Below, one piece after another: positions 8,304 through 16,973 of a DNA stretch of 64,000 bases; within the stretch, counting starts at the first letter, position 1; every line of letters begins with the position of its first letter. This DNA is from an uncultured virus (IMG/VR IMGVR_UViG_3300042542_003718). Taxonomy: Duplodnaviria > Heunggongvirae > Uroviricota > Caudoviricetes > Herelleviridae. A program made the position numbers and the translations under genes. The notes under the pieces are model-generated. The model made no database searches. It was not told where the DNA came from and saw only the letters and a program-made list of their open reading frames with translations. The stretch lies in the IMG/VR virus record IMGVR_UViG_3300042542_003718; one strand, given 5' to 3'.

Positions 8304-10292
8304 ATGTTTAGATACTCATTTATCATAGATACATTGCTCAAGGCGATGACTCATAAGTACATTCGTAGAGTCCCTAAAGGGGTAACCAAGACAGGGAAAA
8401 CAAAGTATATTTATTACTATGCAGGGCAAGAAGGACGGGGCAAAGGGATTGCACATGAACACGAACTTATTCAAGGCGCTTCTTTTGCTATGGGCAGCGG
8501 TGATCAAAGACACCATGCACATATAACAAAAGAAGAGGGGGACAAGATTACAGTAAAATATGATGATGGAGCAAAAAAGGGACAAGAAGAGACCATGACT
8601 AAGAAAGAGTTTCAAGCGCTAGTACATGGAGAACACAAAGAAGCAATCAAACAAGTACAAGAGAAACAAACACAAAGAGAATACAAACAGAAACAAAAGA
8701 AACAGGCCGTCCCCGATCTAAAGAAACCACACCCAGCCCCGCCCAAAATTGAACATGAGAAAATCAAGATCAAGCGAGCTCAAACAGTCACTAAGATTGT
8801 TGATACTTTGGCCTCTATGCCCTCATTAGAAGATCAATTGAAAGCATTTATCAACGATAATAATCCAGATGCTTTATCTAAGATGCTTGAGAAACTAGGC
8901 GTACAGGTAAAACCAAAGATTGACAATTCAAGGCAAAACTCTTTTATCATGTTAGCCGGTGAAGCGGGCAAACCAACAAAAGCACCGATCAAATATAAGA
9001 TTGTAGAGATGGATGATATTCAGGCAAGCCACGATGAGAACACATTTACAAATAACAAAGAGTATCCAACAGGCCTACAAGAACGCATCTATGAATCAGA
9101 TATGGCAGAACAATTGAAGGTGATTAGGAATGCGCAAAACTTAGAACCCGCGTTCTTAGTCAATACAAATCCCGATGCGATGAATGGAGCGCCTATTATC
9201 AATGAAGAAGGTTTAGTACTTGGGGGCAATAGTCGCACAATGGCAATTAAACGAGCATACGCAAGACACCCAGAAAAAGCAGAAACCTATAAAAACTATT
9301 TGGCCAATCATGCAGACTCTTTTGGATTTGCCCCCGAATATATTTCACAGTTCAAAAACCCTATTTTAGTTAGGGAATATGAGCCAGAAGATAAGAGTGA
9401 AAAAAATATGAAGTTACTTGTTCGTCAAATGAATGAAGGTTTTACGCAATCAATGGATGAGAAAACAGAGATCGCCGCTATCTCTAGACGCTTGACAGAC
9501 AAATCAATAAATGCAATAGGAAAAGCGTTCTCAAATTCCGACGCCGCTAATATCTATGAACTTTTAAATCTAGGTGATGATTATTCGCAAGACGTAATCA
9601 ACGCACTTATGAAAGATGGTATCTTGTCTTATCAAAATATGAATAAATACATTGATGTAGATACAAAACGAGTTTCGCCCGCTTTTGCTCATATGTTATC
9701 AGATGTTCTAGTAGGTAAAGTATTAACAAACAAGACTATCATGGCTAAAATGTCCCCCGCTTTACATGAAAGATTTTCGGCGGGCGTGATTTCTCTTGTT
9801 GCCCTCAATCTGTTTGATGAGAAACAAAGACACGCGCTAGAACATGCAATCTATGCTTACTCATTCGCACAAAAAACAAACTTTGTACGAACAAGAGGGA
9901 CAGCCGAACAAAACTTATCAGGCCTTCAAAATTGGATTAGTCAAGGCAAGACGGACACAGGAAAGGGCGATATTGAAGATAAAGTACGTAGTGAGCTCAC
10001 TAATAACCCCTTAGCGCTTGCATACCTTGAGACGCTAGGGATTGCCACAACAGCAAGTAAATTACGCGAAATGTTTTCAGCCGCCGGCGCAAAGGCCTTG
10101 GGCAAGGGAGCAGATCAAGAGGTTGATTTATTCGGTGAAACCGCTTCTATGGAGAAAGAATTAAAGAAGTTAAATGATTTCTATATGCCAGGCAAGACAC
10201 AGGCGGAGAAAGACGCGTATAAACTAAAGAAATCAATGAAATCAAAGTTTTCATATACCGATCTAGTTAAATCACTACGTACTAAGAAATAA
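8304..10292 (+). CDS. Head-associated polyvalent-type protein, paralog 3 (constant N-terminus + DdrB-like ParB-superfamily domain)
   Basis: LQERxY...NGAPII...VLGGNSR...AY...FG...PILVR pattern of DdrB-like ParB domains. Confidence 0.7.
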   Translation: MFRYSFIIDTLLKAMTHKYIRRVPKGVTKTGKTKYIYYYAGQEGRGKGIAHEHELIQGASFAMGSGDQRHHAHITKEEGDKITVKYDDGAKKGQEETMTKKEFQALVHGEHKEAIKQVQEKQTQREYKQKQKKQAVPDLKKPHPAPPKIEHEKIKIKRAQTVTKIVDTLASMPSLEDQLKAFINDNNPDALSKMLEKLGVQVKPKIDNSRQNSFIMLAGEAGKPTKAPIKYKIVEMDDIQASHDENTFTNNKEYPTGLQERIYESDMAEQLKVIRNAQNLEPAFLVNTNPDAMNGAPIINEEGLVLGGNSRTMAIKRAYARHPEKAETYKNYLANHADSFGFAPEYISQFKNPILVREYEPEDKSEKNMKLLVRQMNEGFTQSMDEKTEIAAISRRLTDKSINAIGKAFSNSDAANIYELLNLGDDYSQDVINALMKDGILSYQNMNKYIDVDTKRVSPAFAHMLSDVLVGKVLTNKTIMAKMSPALHERFSAGVISLVALNLFDEKQRHALEHAIYAYSFAQKTNFVRTRGTAEQNLSGLQNWISQGKTDTGKGDIEDKVRSELTNNPLALAYLETLGIATTASKLREMFSAAGAKALGKGADQEVDLFGETASMEKELKKLNDFYMPGKTQAEKDAYKLKKSMKSKFSYTDLVKSLRTKK

Positions 10293-10358
10293 AATAAGCA
10301 TAGAACTTGTGAACTTTGTAAAATGCAATTAAGAAACAAAGTAAACAGGATTAAAAAC

Positions 10359-11387
10359 ATGCCCTTTAAAAACGAACACGCCGCGAGGCAAACAGAACCC
10401 GAGCAATACAAAGAATTTAGACGATACCAGCCGAAGGGATTCCCTAAGGGCGTATCAGTGATCTTAGGTATTGGCAGCGATGGTAAAACAGAAATTCAAA
10501 GTGTCCGAGCAAACAAAGACGATATGACACCCTCTGAATTTAAGCAATGGTTAAAAGAACACGATTTCAAAGATGAAGTAGAAGAGGCACAACTTGAAAA
10601 GGGCAATTACTTTGCTACTTGGATTCCCTTCACTACACTTGCTAAAGCGAAAAAAGATAATGATGAACCTGAAATCATGGATGACAATGTTGGTATGATC
10701 GCCGGTATCGTATCAACTGATGATATGGATTTTGAAGGTGAGAAGATCAATCAAAGCGGCCTTGATTGGTCGTACTTTTTGAACAATGGTTGGTTTAATC
10801 ATGAACATAGGCCAGGGCCTGAAGCGGTTTTAGGACATCCTACAAAGATTGAAAAGGTAGATGATCATAAAACACGTGTAGAAGGTAAATTGTATCTATC
10901 AAAACCATTAGCGAAAGAATGCTATGATACAGCGGTAGCAATGCAAAAGGCCGGCGGGGAAAGATGCCTTGGTTTTTCAATTGAGGGAAAAGTGACACTT
11001 CGGGACCCTATCCAGCCTAAGAAGGTACTTAAGGCGAATGTGATCAATGTGGCTATCACTTCGCACCCTGTCAATCCTAATACTAATCTAGAAATTATCG
11101 CAAAGTCGATGAATGTTGGATATCAAGAAGCGGCGATTCCTGATGCTGATGCTTCAATGTCATCACTTGTAGAACAATCACTAGCGCAAAAAGTATCAAG
11201 CGCAACATACGGAGCGAACAACAAAGCGCCCAAGAAAGAGAATAGAATGATTAGCAAAGAAGCCTTGAAAAACAAGTTAAAAGAACACTTTAGCGACTAC
11301 ACTAATGAGGAATTAGAGCGCCTTCTTAAACTTGTTATGGAGTCCGCAAAAAATAAGAGTCAAGAAAAACTAAGAGATTATGAGTAA
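10359..11387 (+). CDS. Prohead protease with N-terminal accessory domain
   Basis: GIVSTDDMDFEGE, NHEH, GFSIEG, VAITSHPVN motifs. Likely start MPFKNEH at 10359 with leader GTAAACAGGATTAAAAAC. Confidence 0.85.
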   Translation: MPFKNEHAARQTEPEQYKEFRRYQPKGFPKGVSVILGIGSDGKTEIQSVRANKDDMTPSEFKQWLKEHDFKDEVEEAQLEKGNYFATWIPFTTLAKAKKDNDEPEIMDDNVGMIAGIVSTDDMDFEGEKINQSGLDWSYFLNNGWFNHEHRPGPEAVLGHPTKIEKVDDHKTRVEGKLYLSKPLAKECYDTAVAMQKAGGERCLGFSIEGKVTLRDPIQPKKVLKANVINVAITSHPVNPNTNLEIIAKSMNVGYQEAAIPDADASMSSLVEQSLAQKVSSATYGANNKAPKKENRMISKEALKNKLKEHFSDYTNEELERLLKLVMESAKNKSQEKLRDYE

Positions 11388-11443
11388 AAAGCTTGAAAAA
11401 TACTTTGAACTCTAAAACAATGATCTATATAGGAGAATTTACG

Positions 11444-12151
11444 ATGAATAACGATTTAATCAAGCATCTTATGAATAAAGGGATGAGTGAGGCCGACGCC
11501 GTACAAGTCGCCGAAGGTTTCACCCCCGACGCCGTCAATGTTGACGATTTAACAATCGCCCTTGATGATCTATCTAAAGCAATGAAAATGGATGATCAAG
11601 ATCAAATGAACGCCAAAAAAGCAAAGAAGGCCAAAACTCAAGGTTCTTTGTTTGAAAAGGGCGATGATGAAGATGGTTCTTCTTCTGAAGATGGTTCATC
11701 TTACGACGATGAAGATGAAGATGAAGATGAAGACAAGATGGAAAAAGCTATGATGGAGATGGCAAAAGGTACCGATGCCATCCTTGACGCTATGGACAAG
11801 CAATATAAAGCAATGCTTAAAGCGGTTGAAGCTTGTACAAAAGAAATCAAGGCAATGAAGGACACAGGGGCGGGCAAAATGCAACAAATGGAGAAATCTT
11901 TAAATCGTGCATTGCTTGAACCCGTCGCCCCTACTTCTATCAATTTCAATAAGATTCCATATGTAGAACAAACAGCTAAAGCGCCTAGTTTCACTACTCA
12001 AGACGTAATGAACAAGGCCTTATCTTTAGTTCGTTCCGAGTCTGATTGGTCTAGAAAGTCCGAACTTACAAGCGCAATTTCTAGATTAAGCGTTGGCGCT
12101 AATCCTCAAGAGATCGTCGCCGAATTTAACATCAATATGAATAGCAAATAA
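11444..12151 (+). CDS. Probable capsid scaffolding protein
   Basis: Acidic and helical, many xxK[SAG] sites, lies between protease and capsid; AGGAG SD before ATG 11444. Confidence 0.65.
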   Translation: MNNDLIKHLMNKGMSEADAVQVAEGFTPDAVNVDDLTIALDDLSKAMKMDDQDQMNAKKAKKAKTQGSLFEKGDDEDGSSSEDGSSYDDEDEDEDEDKMEKAMMEMAKGTDAILDAMDKQYKAMLKAVEACTKEIKAMKDTGAGKMQQMEKSLNRALLEPVAPTSINFNKIPYVEQTAKAPSFTTQDVMNKALSLVRSESDWSRKSELTSAISRLSVGANPQEIVAEFNINMNSK

Positions 12152-12165
12152 AGAGAGAGTAGAAC

Positions 12166-13596
12166 ATGAGTTTCAATTCATTAAATATCCCACAAGCAAA
12201 CGGGCTCGTTTCCGCTGCTGATCTAGCTGATTTAAACAGCGCCCTTCGCAAGTCTGCAACTATTGGCTACCAAACCCCCGCCGGCATGCCCGCTGGTGAT
12301 ACAGGTTCTTTAAGCCCTTTAGTTCCTCAAAGCATTGAAAACATTTTGGCAAGCGCTACTTATAGCATGAAACAACTTGCTTTATGGCCTGCAATGCCTA
12401 AAGTATCTGTGACTAATACCTTGCACGAATACGCCGTAATCAATTCTCATGGCTTAGATATTGATCCATTTATTAGCGAAGGTTCCGCCGGTACTACAAA
12501 TCGCTCTGAATATCAAAGAAAGTCAATTCGTATCAAGTACTTAGCTGAAAGAAGAGAAGTAACTGACGTAGGAACCTTGGTTGGCTTGATTGGCGCTAAT
12601 CAAAATGCAATCGCATTAGAAACAGAACGCGGCACCCTCTCTTTACTTGCTAAGCTTGAAAAAGCAATGTTCCACGCTAAAGAAAGTAATAATCCTTTAC
12701 ATTTCGATGGTATCATTCATCAAATTGAATCCTATAACAACGGTTCAAATGTGTTTGATGCACGCGGCGCAAGTCCATCACCTAGACTTCTTCAAGATAT
12801 CTTGGCTAAACTTTATTCTGCGCCTTTATATGGTACTCCAGACTGTATCTATGTAACCCCAGATATTCATGGCGAATTGATCAAGTTTGCTGTTCAATTT
12901 GGCCGTCATGATCAATTGGTTCTTACTAACTCTTCATCTATTACATATGGTACTCAAGAAATTTCTATCATGGGCCCAGTCGGACCAGTACCAGTAAAGA
13001 GCGCCCCATTCTTGGCGAACAATGGCAAAGCACCAGACACAGGAAGCGCAACCACCGGCGCCGCATCTACCCCTGTTCTTACTTCTGCTGTTGTTGCTAG
13101 TGATTCCGCTTCTCAATTTATTTCAAGCGACGCCGGCGATTACTTCTATAAGGTCGTAGCGATCAATAATAGCGGTTATTCTGCTCCTGTTACTTCTGCC
13201 TCTAAGACAGTCGCCGCCGGTGAAAAAGTAACTTTGACCATCGCTCAACAATCAGACGCAATCTATTTCAAGATTTTCAGAACCCCTGTAGATCGTCCAG
13301 CTTCTGAAGCGGTCTTGATCAACGAAGTTCCCGCAACAAGTGGCGGCGCTACTGTGTTTGTTGATCGTAATGAAAACTTAGCAAATGGTCATAAGATGGT
13401 ATTTGTTCAACATAGTTCCGAAATTATGGAATTTGCAAAGTTACTTGACTTCTTCAGACGCCCCCTCGCTGAAGTACAAACCAGTAAACCATTCTTGCTC
13501 ATGCTCTTTGGTTCACCTATTGTTAAAGTTCCTTCTAAGTGTTGGATTGTTAAGAATGTTCGTGTTGGTTCAAGCTTGATTGAAACTTTAGGCTAA
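12166..13596 (+). CDS. Major capsid protein (SPO1/Twort-like type)
   Basis: ALRKS..GY..P N-terminus, L.PQSIE and LHFDGI motifs, Ig-like insertion; follows protease and scaffold. Confidence 0.85.
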   Translation: MSFNSLNIPQANGLVSAADLADLNSALRKSATIGYQTPAGMPAGDTGSLSPLVPQSIENILASATYSMKQLALWPAMPKVSVTNTLHEYAVINSHGLDIDPFISEGSAGTTNRSEYQRKSIRIKYLAERREVTDVGTLVGLIGANQNAIALETERGTLSLLAKLEKAMFHAKESNNPLHFDGIIHQIESYNNGSNVFDARGASPSPRLLQDILAKLYSAPLYGTPDCIYVTPDIHGELIKFAVQFGRHDQLVLTNSSSITYGTQEISIMGPVGPVPVKSAPFLANNGKAPDTGSATTGAASTPVLTSAVVASDSASQFISSDAGDYFYKVVAINNSGYSAPVTSASKTVAAGEKVTLTIAQQSDAIYFKIFRTPVDRPASEAVLINEVPATSGGATVFVDRNENLANGHKMVFVQHSSEIMEFAKLLDFFRRPLAEVQTSKPFLLMLFGSPIVKVPSKCWIVKNVRVGSSLIETLG

Positions 13597-13689
13597 GTTT
13601 ATTATTTACTTATTTAATATGAAATTATGATAATATGAGGGCATAGAATAAAAGTTCTAGATCGTCAAAGTTCTAGATTAAGGTGTCCC

Positions 13690-14658
13690 ATGAGTACTAC
13701 AACTTTACTAGATATTATCACGCCCGATTATCTCAAGAAAACTTCTTTATTAGGTGTTGACTTGACCACAGACGACGGCGCCCCCTTCCCTAATGAGATA
13801 TATGAAACATCTATTCAAGCATCTATTCAACACATTGAAAACGATATAGGTATCAACTTAGAACCCTTTAAGGTATCTAGGGAGACACACGACGCCGAAA
13901 GACAAGGGCGCTTCTCATATTGGCCTATGAAGCTTGATTATAGGCCTATCGTATCAATTGACAAAGTACGAATTAGATTCGGTTCGTTTCAACCTGTTGA
14001 CTTGCCCGTCTCATGGATTCGCATGGTGTCCGCTATTCATGGGCAAATGCACATTATCCCATCTCAAGAGAGCTTAGGATCATATTTTTTTACGGCGGGC
14101 ATGCCTATTTTAGGGAATTACGGAATTTTCTATGAAGGGCGGGACTTTATACCAGGTTACTTTGAGTTTGACTATACAGCGGGATTTGAAACACGAAAAG
14201 AAACAATCACATTCCCAGCGGGACAAACACAATACACAGTCAATCTAAGTCGTCACTGTTTTTTAAAATATCGTATTGCATTGACCTTGCCCGCCGGCGT
14301 TACCGGTAAAGCGATAACACTTGGTCAAGACTCATTTGTCATCGAACTAAATAGCGCCCCCGTAACAGATATTCAAATTACTTATTTACTTGATACTTTA
14401 CCCAGTGACATTAAGCACATGATCACATTAAAAGCATCAAGCAATATGATTTTACAAGTAGCGGGCGATTTGATCTTAGGCGCGGGTATTGCATCAAGTT
14501 CTATTGGCATTGATGGCTTGTCTCAAAGTATTCAAACAACGTCAAGCGCTATGTATTCAGGTTATTCATCGCGTGTTGATTACTATGAAAAACAGTATGA
14601 CGCGCTAAAGAAGGCCGTAAAAGCACAGTACAAAATCAACCAGTTCGGAGTAATCTAA
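13690..14658 (+). CDS. Head-tail connector/adaptor
   Basis: Position; YTAGF and GIASSSIGIDGLSQS motifs typical of such neck proteins. Confidence 0.65.
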   Translation: MSTTTLLDIITPDYLKKTSLLGVDLTTDDGAPFPNEIYETSIQASIQHIENDIGINLEPFKVSRETHDAERQGRFSYWPMKLDYRPIVSIDKVRIRFGSFQPVDLPVSWIRMVSAIHGQMHIIPSQESLGSYFFTAGMPILGNYGIFYEGRDFIPGYFEFDYTAGFETRKETITFPAGQTQYTVNLSRHCFLKYRIALTLPAGVTGKAITLGQDSFVIELNSAPVTDIQITYLLDTLPSDIKHMITLKASSNMILQVAGDLILGAGIASSSIGIDGLSQSIQTTSSAMYSGYSSRVDYYEKQYDALKKAVKAQYKINQFGVI

Positions 14659-15486
14659 ATGACTACGATCACCCCTAGAATACCAACAAAACTAAGGCCC
14701 CGCGTTGATTGGCTAAATGAGGAATTTAGAAAACAATTTTTCACAAGATCAATGCTCGTATCTTGGGAAATGTGCGCCGAATGCCCATGCTCAAATAAGG
14801 GCGGGGCGGTGGTTCTTGATCTTCCTAGTATAGATGCAAACTTAGAGAAACAAGGCGAAGTTCGTTCAGATTGCCCCCTATGCAAGGGCATTGGCTATTT
14901 TTGGCATAGCAAACAAGACACAAGGGCACTAATCACTAGCGCAAGTTCAGACGAATCAAGGTTTCATGAGTATGGAGAATACGCAAGAGGAATGGTAAAT
15001 ATTACGCTGCTACCTGAAACATTGCCTTCATTCGGTGATCGCTTTACAATGGTAGATTCAAGCATGATCTTTAAAGAAACAAAGACACGAAAGATCGGGG
15101 CGATTCAGTCCCTTAGAAATCCTATTGTTCCTCGTGTACTCGATACACAGGGCGGGGCGACTACTTTACGTGTTTTGCATCTACATACGGCGAATAGTAC
15201 AGGTTTAGGCGTTCTAAATGGTAGCCTGATTGAGGGCGTAGACTTTGAAGTCAATGTAGATGGAGACATTGATTTTTCTAAAGGTGATCTAAATGGCAAA
15301 GCGCCGGCGGTGGGCGTGAGATACTCAATCTCTTATTATGGGCATCCTAGATACTATGTGGCGGATAATCCACATACTCATAGAGATTCAAGATATGTTC
15401 GCAAGTCAACAGATGAACAAATTAGACTTATGCCTGTTCAATGTAAAGCAACCTTAGAATTTATGGGGGCCGGCTTAAATGGTTAA
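14659..15486 (+). CDS. Neck/head-closure protein
   Basis: CPC...CPLCKG zinc motif; synteny. Confidence 0.55.
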   Translation: MTTITPRIPTKLRPRVDWLNEEFRKQFFTRSMLVSWEMCAECPCSNKGGAVVLDLPSIDANLEKQGEVRSDCPLCKGIGYFWHSKQDTRALITSASSDESRFHEYGEYARGMVNITLLPETLPSFGDRFTMVDSSMIFKETKTRKIGAIQSLRNPIVPRVLDTQGGATTLRVLHLHTANSTGLGVLNGSLIEGVDFEVNVDGDIDFSKGDLNGKAPAVGVRYSISYYGHPRYYVADNPHTHRDSRYVRKSTDEQIRLMPVQCKATLEFMGAGLNG

Positions 15487-16261
15487 TATTAAACGCTTAT
15501 CCCTTGTAGATTTGATAGAGGGCTTAGGCCTTGGTAAACAAGACCAAAAACAACGATCCAGACAACTTGCAAGCATGATTCTTGCCGAATGGTCAGCGGA
15601 GGCCCGAAGCGCCCTTAAAGGTTCTGTTCAACAAAGTTATCTTAGATCGTTATCAATCAATAAAGCGGATGAATACGGCGTATCTGTTAGCCTACCTAAA
15701 CCAGGGCAAAGCGCAACAATTGCCCTTATGTATGAACTTGGAATGGGGCCAGGGGGTATAGGGACAACAGGGCCTTATGATATGCGTATATTTATGCTTC
15801 AAGAGAAAACAAGAAACATAAGACGGGATAAAAAAGGCAATTTGTATCTAAACGTTCCCTTTAAAAAGAGCGCTAAGAAATTACAGGCGGAGAACCCCGC
15901 TATCTATAAGAAAGCAAAGAAATTAGCCCCTATGATTTCTTTTCATGCAAATGCTCACAATGTTACACCTCAAGGCAGCCCCCGCGGCGCTAAAGGTAAT
16001 CAATTACCGCGGGGGCTAGTACCTAAAAAAGCGCCTCATCATGCTACTGATATCTATGCAGGTATGAGAAGGCAAGCGAGCGCTTATTCAAACAAACAGG
16101 GGCGGCCGGTGATACAAACTAGCGGTTATATTACTTGGCGTAGAATGACAATTGACCAGAAGCCCCCTAAATGGATGCATCCAGGTATCAGACCGCTAAA
16201 TCTTGGCGATCGTGTCTTTAGAATGCTTCCGCAAATGATTAACCATATATATGGAGTATAA
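15479..16261 (+). CDS. Neck/tail completion protein
   Basis: Basic protein with WRR...WMHPG motif; synteny. Confidence 0.5.
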   Translation: MVNIKRLSLVDLIEGLGLGKQDQKQRSRQLASMILAEWSAEARSALKGSVQQSYLRSLSINKADEYGVSVSLPKPGQSATIALMYELGMGPGGIGTTGPYDMRIFMLQEKTRNIRRDKKGNLYLNVPFKKSAKKLQAENPAIYKKAKKLAPMISFHANAHNVTPQGSPRGAKGNQLPRGLVPKKAPHHATDIYAGMRRQASAYSNKQGRPVIQTSGYITWRRMTIDQKPPKWMHPGIRPLNLGDRVFRMLPQMINHIYGV

Positions 16262-16264
16262 ATT

Positions 16265-16909
16265 ATGTTCGATCTACTATTACTAGAAACCTTACACAAT
16301 GGATTTGAGTACTACCTTCAAAAAAAGAACGATTTTAAAGCTTTGTTCTTTGGCCTTAGTGATGCAACTCTTGAACAATGGTTTTCATTATTCATTGCAC
16401 AAAAGCCGGTATTTCGTGCAAGATACGCACAAGGTACCGCTCAAGCGCCCATGATTACCATTTTAACAGGTCAAGAAGACGTACAAGAAAAGTTCATGGG
16501 CAAAACAGAATATAGGGGCAGCGACGGGCGTATGGTTGTAGGCTACCATGTTTCAGAGAATGCGCAAGCGGTAATCTTTGCAAAGTCGCCCGAACTTGCG
16601 AGAATTTATTTTATTGTGCTTAGGGCAGCATTTGAGCAAGGCGCTAGGGCGCTAATGAAAGCGGGGTATTCACAAACAGCGTATGAAGGAACTACGCTAC
16701 TTGATCCAGAAGAAGAACTATCAAGCGAAGAATTAGGCATCTATGTAAGAAAGATGAACTTTAGCGCTAGTTATCCAGTAGAGATCAAACTTACTAAAGA
16801 TGCAGAATTCGGAGATCAAACAACCTATTCAACCATTGATGATCTTCTCATTTTAGCCAGTGATCAAGAAAAGAATAGCATCAAGGGCGGAGTCACCCCC
16901 GAAACCTAA
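16265..16909 (+). CDS. Putative tail terminator
   Basis: Immediately upstream of the sheath gene. Confidence 0.45.
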   Translation: MFDLLLLETLHNGFEYYLQKKNDFKALFFGLSDATLEQWFSLFIAQKPVFRARYAQGTAQAPMITILTGQEDVQEKFMGKTEYRGSDGRMVVGYHVSENAQAVIFAKSPELARIYFIVLRAAFEQGARALMKAGYSQTAYEGTTLLDPEEELSSEELGIYVRKMNFSASYPVEIKLTKDAEFGDQTTYSTIDDLLILASDQEKNSIKGGVTPET

Positions 16910-16973
16910 CAAAAAATCAAACATGAAACTTTTATTTATTTTATAATAGAAAAAAAGATGAAGGAGTCTATAA

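Noticed and set aside
142..10292. Diversity-generating retroelement as the source of the repeats
   Set aside because: No reverse transcriptase, the differences are not adenine-specific, and the repeats are N-terminal.
11665..11736. GATGAA and GATGGTTC tandem repeats
   Set aside because: They encode the acidic low-complexity stretch of the scaffold.
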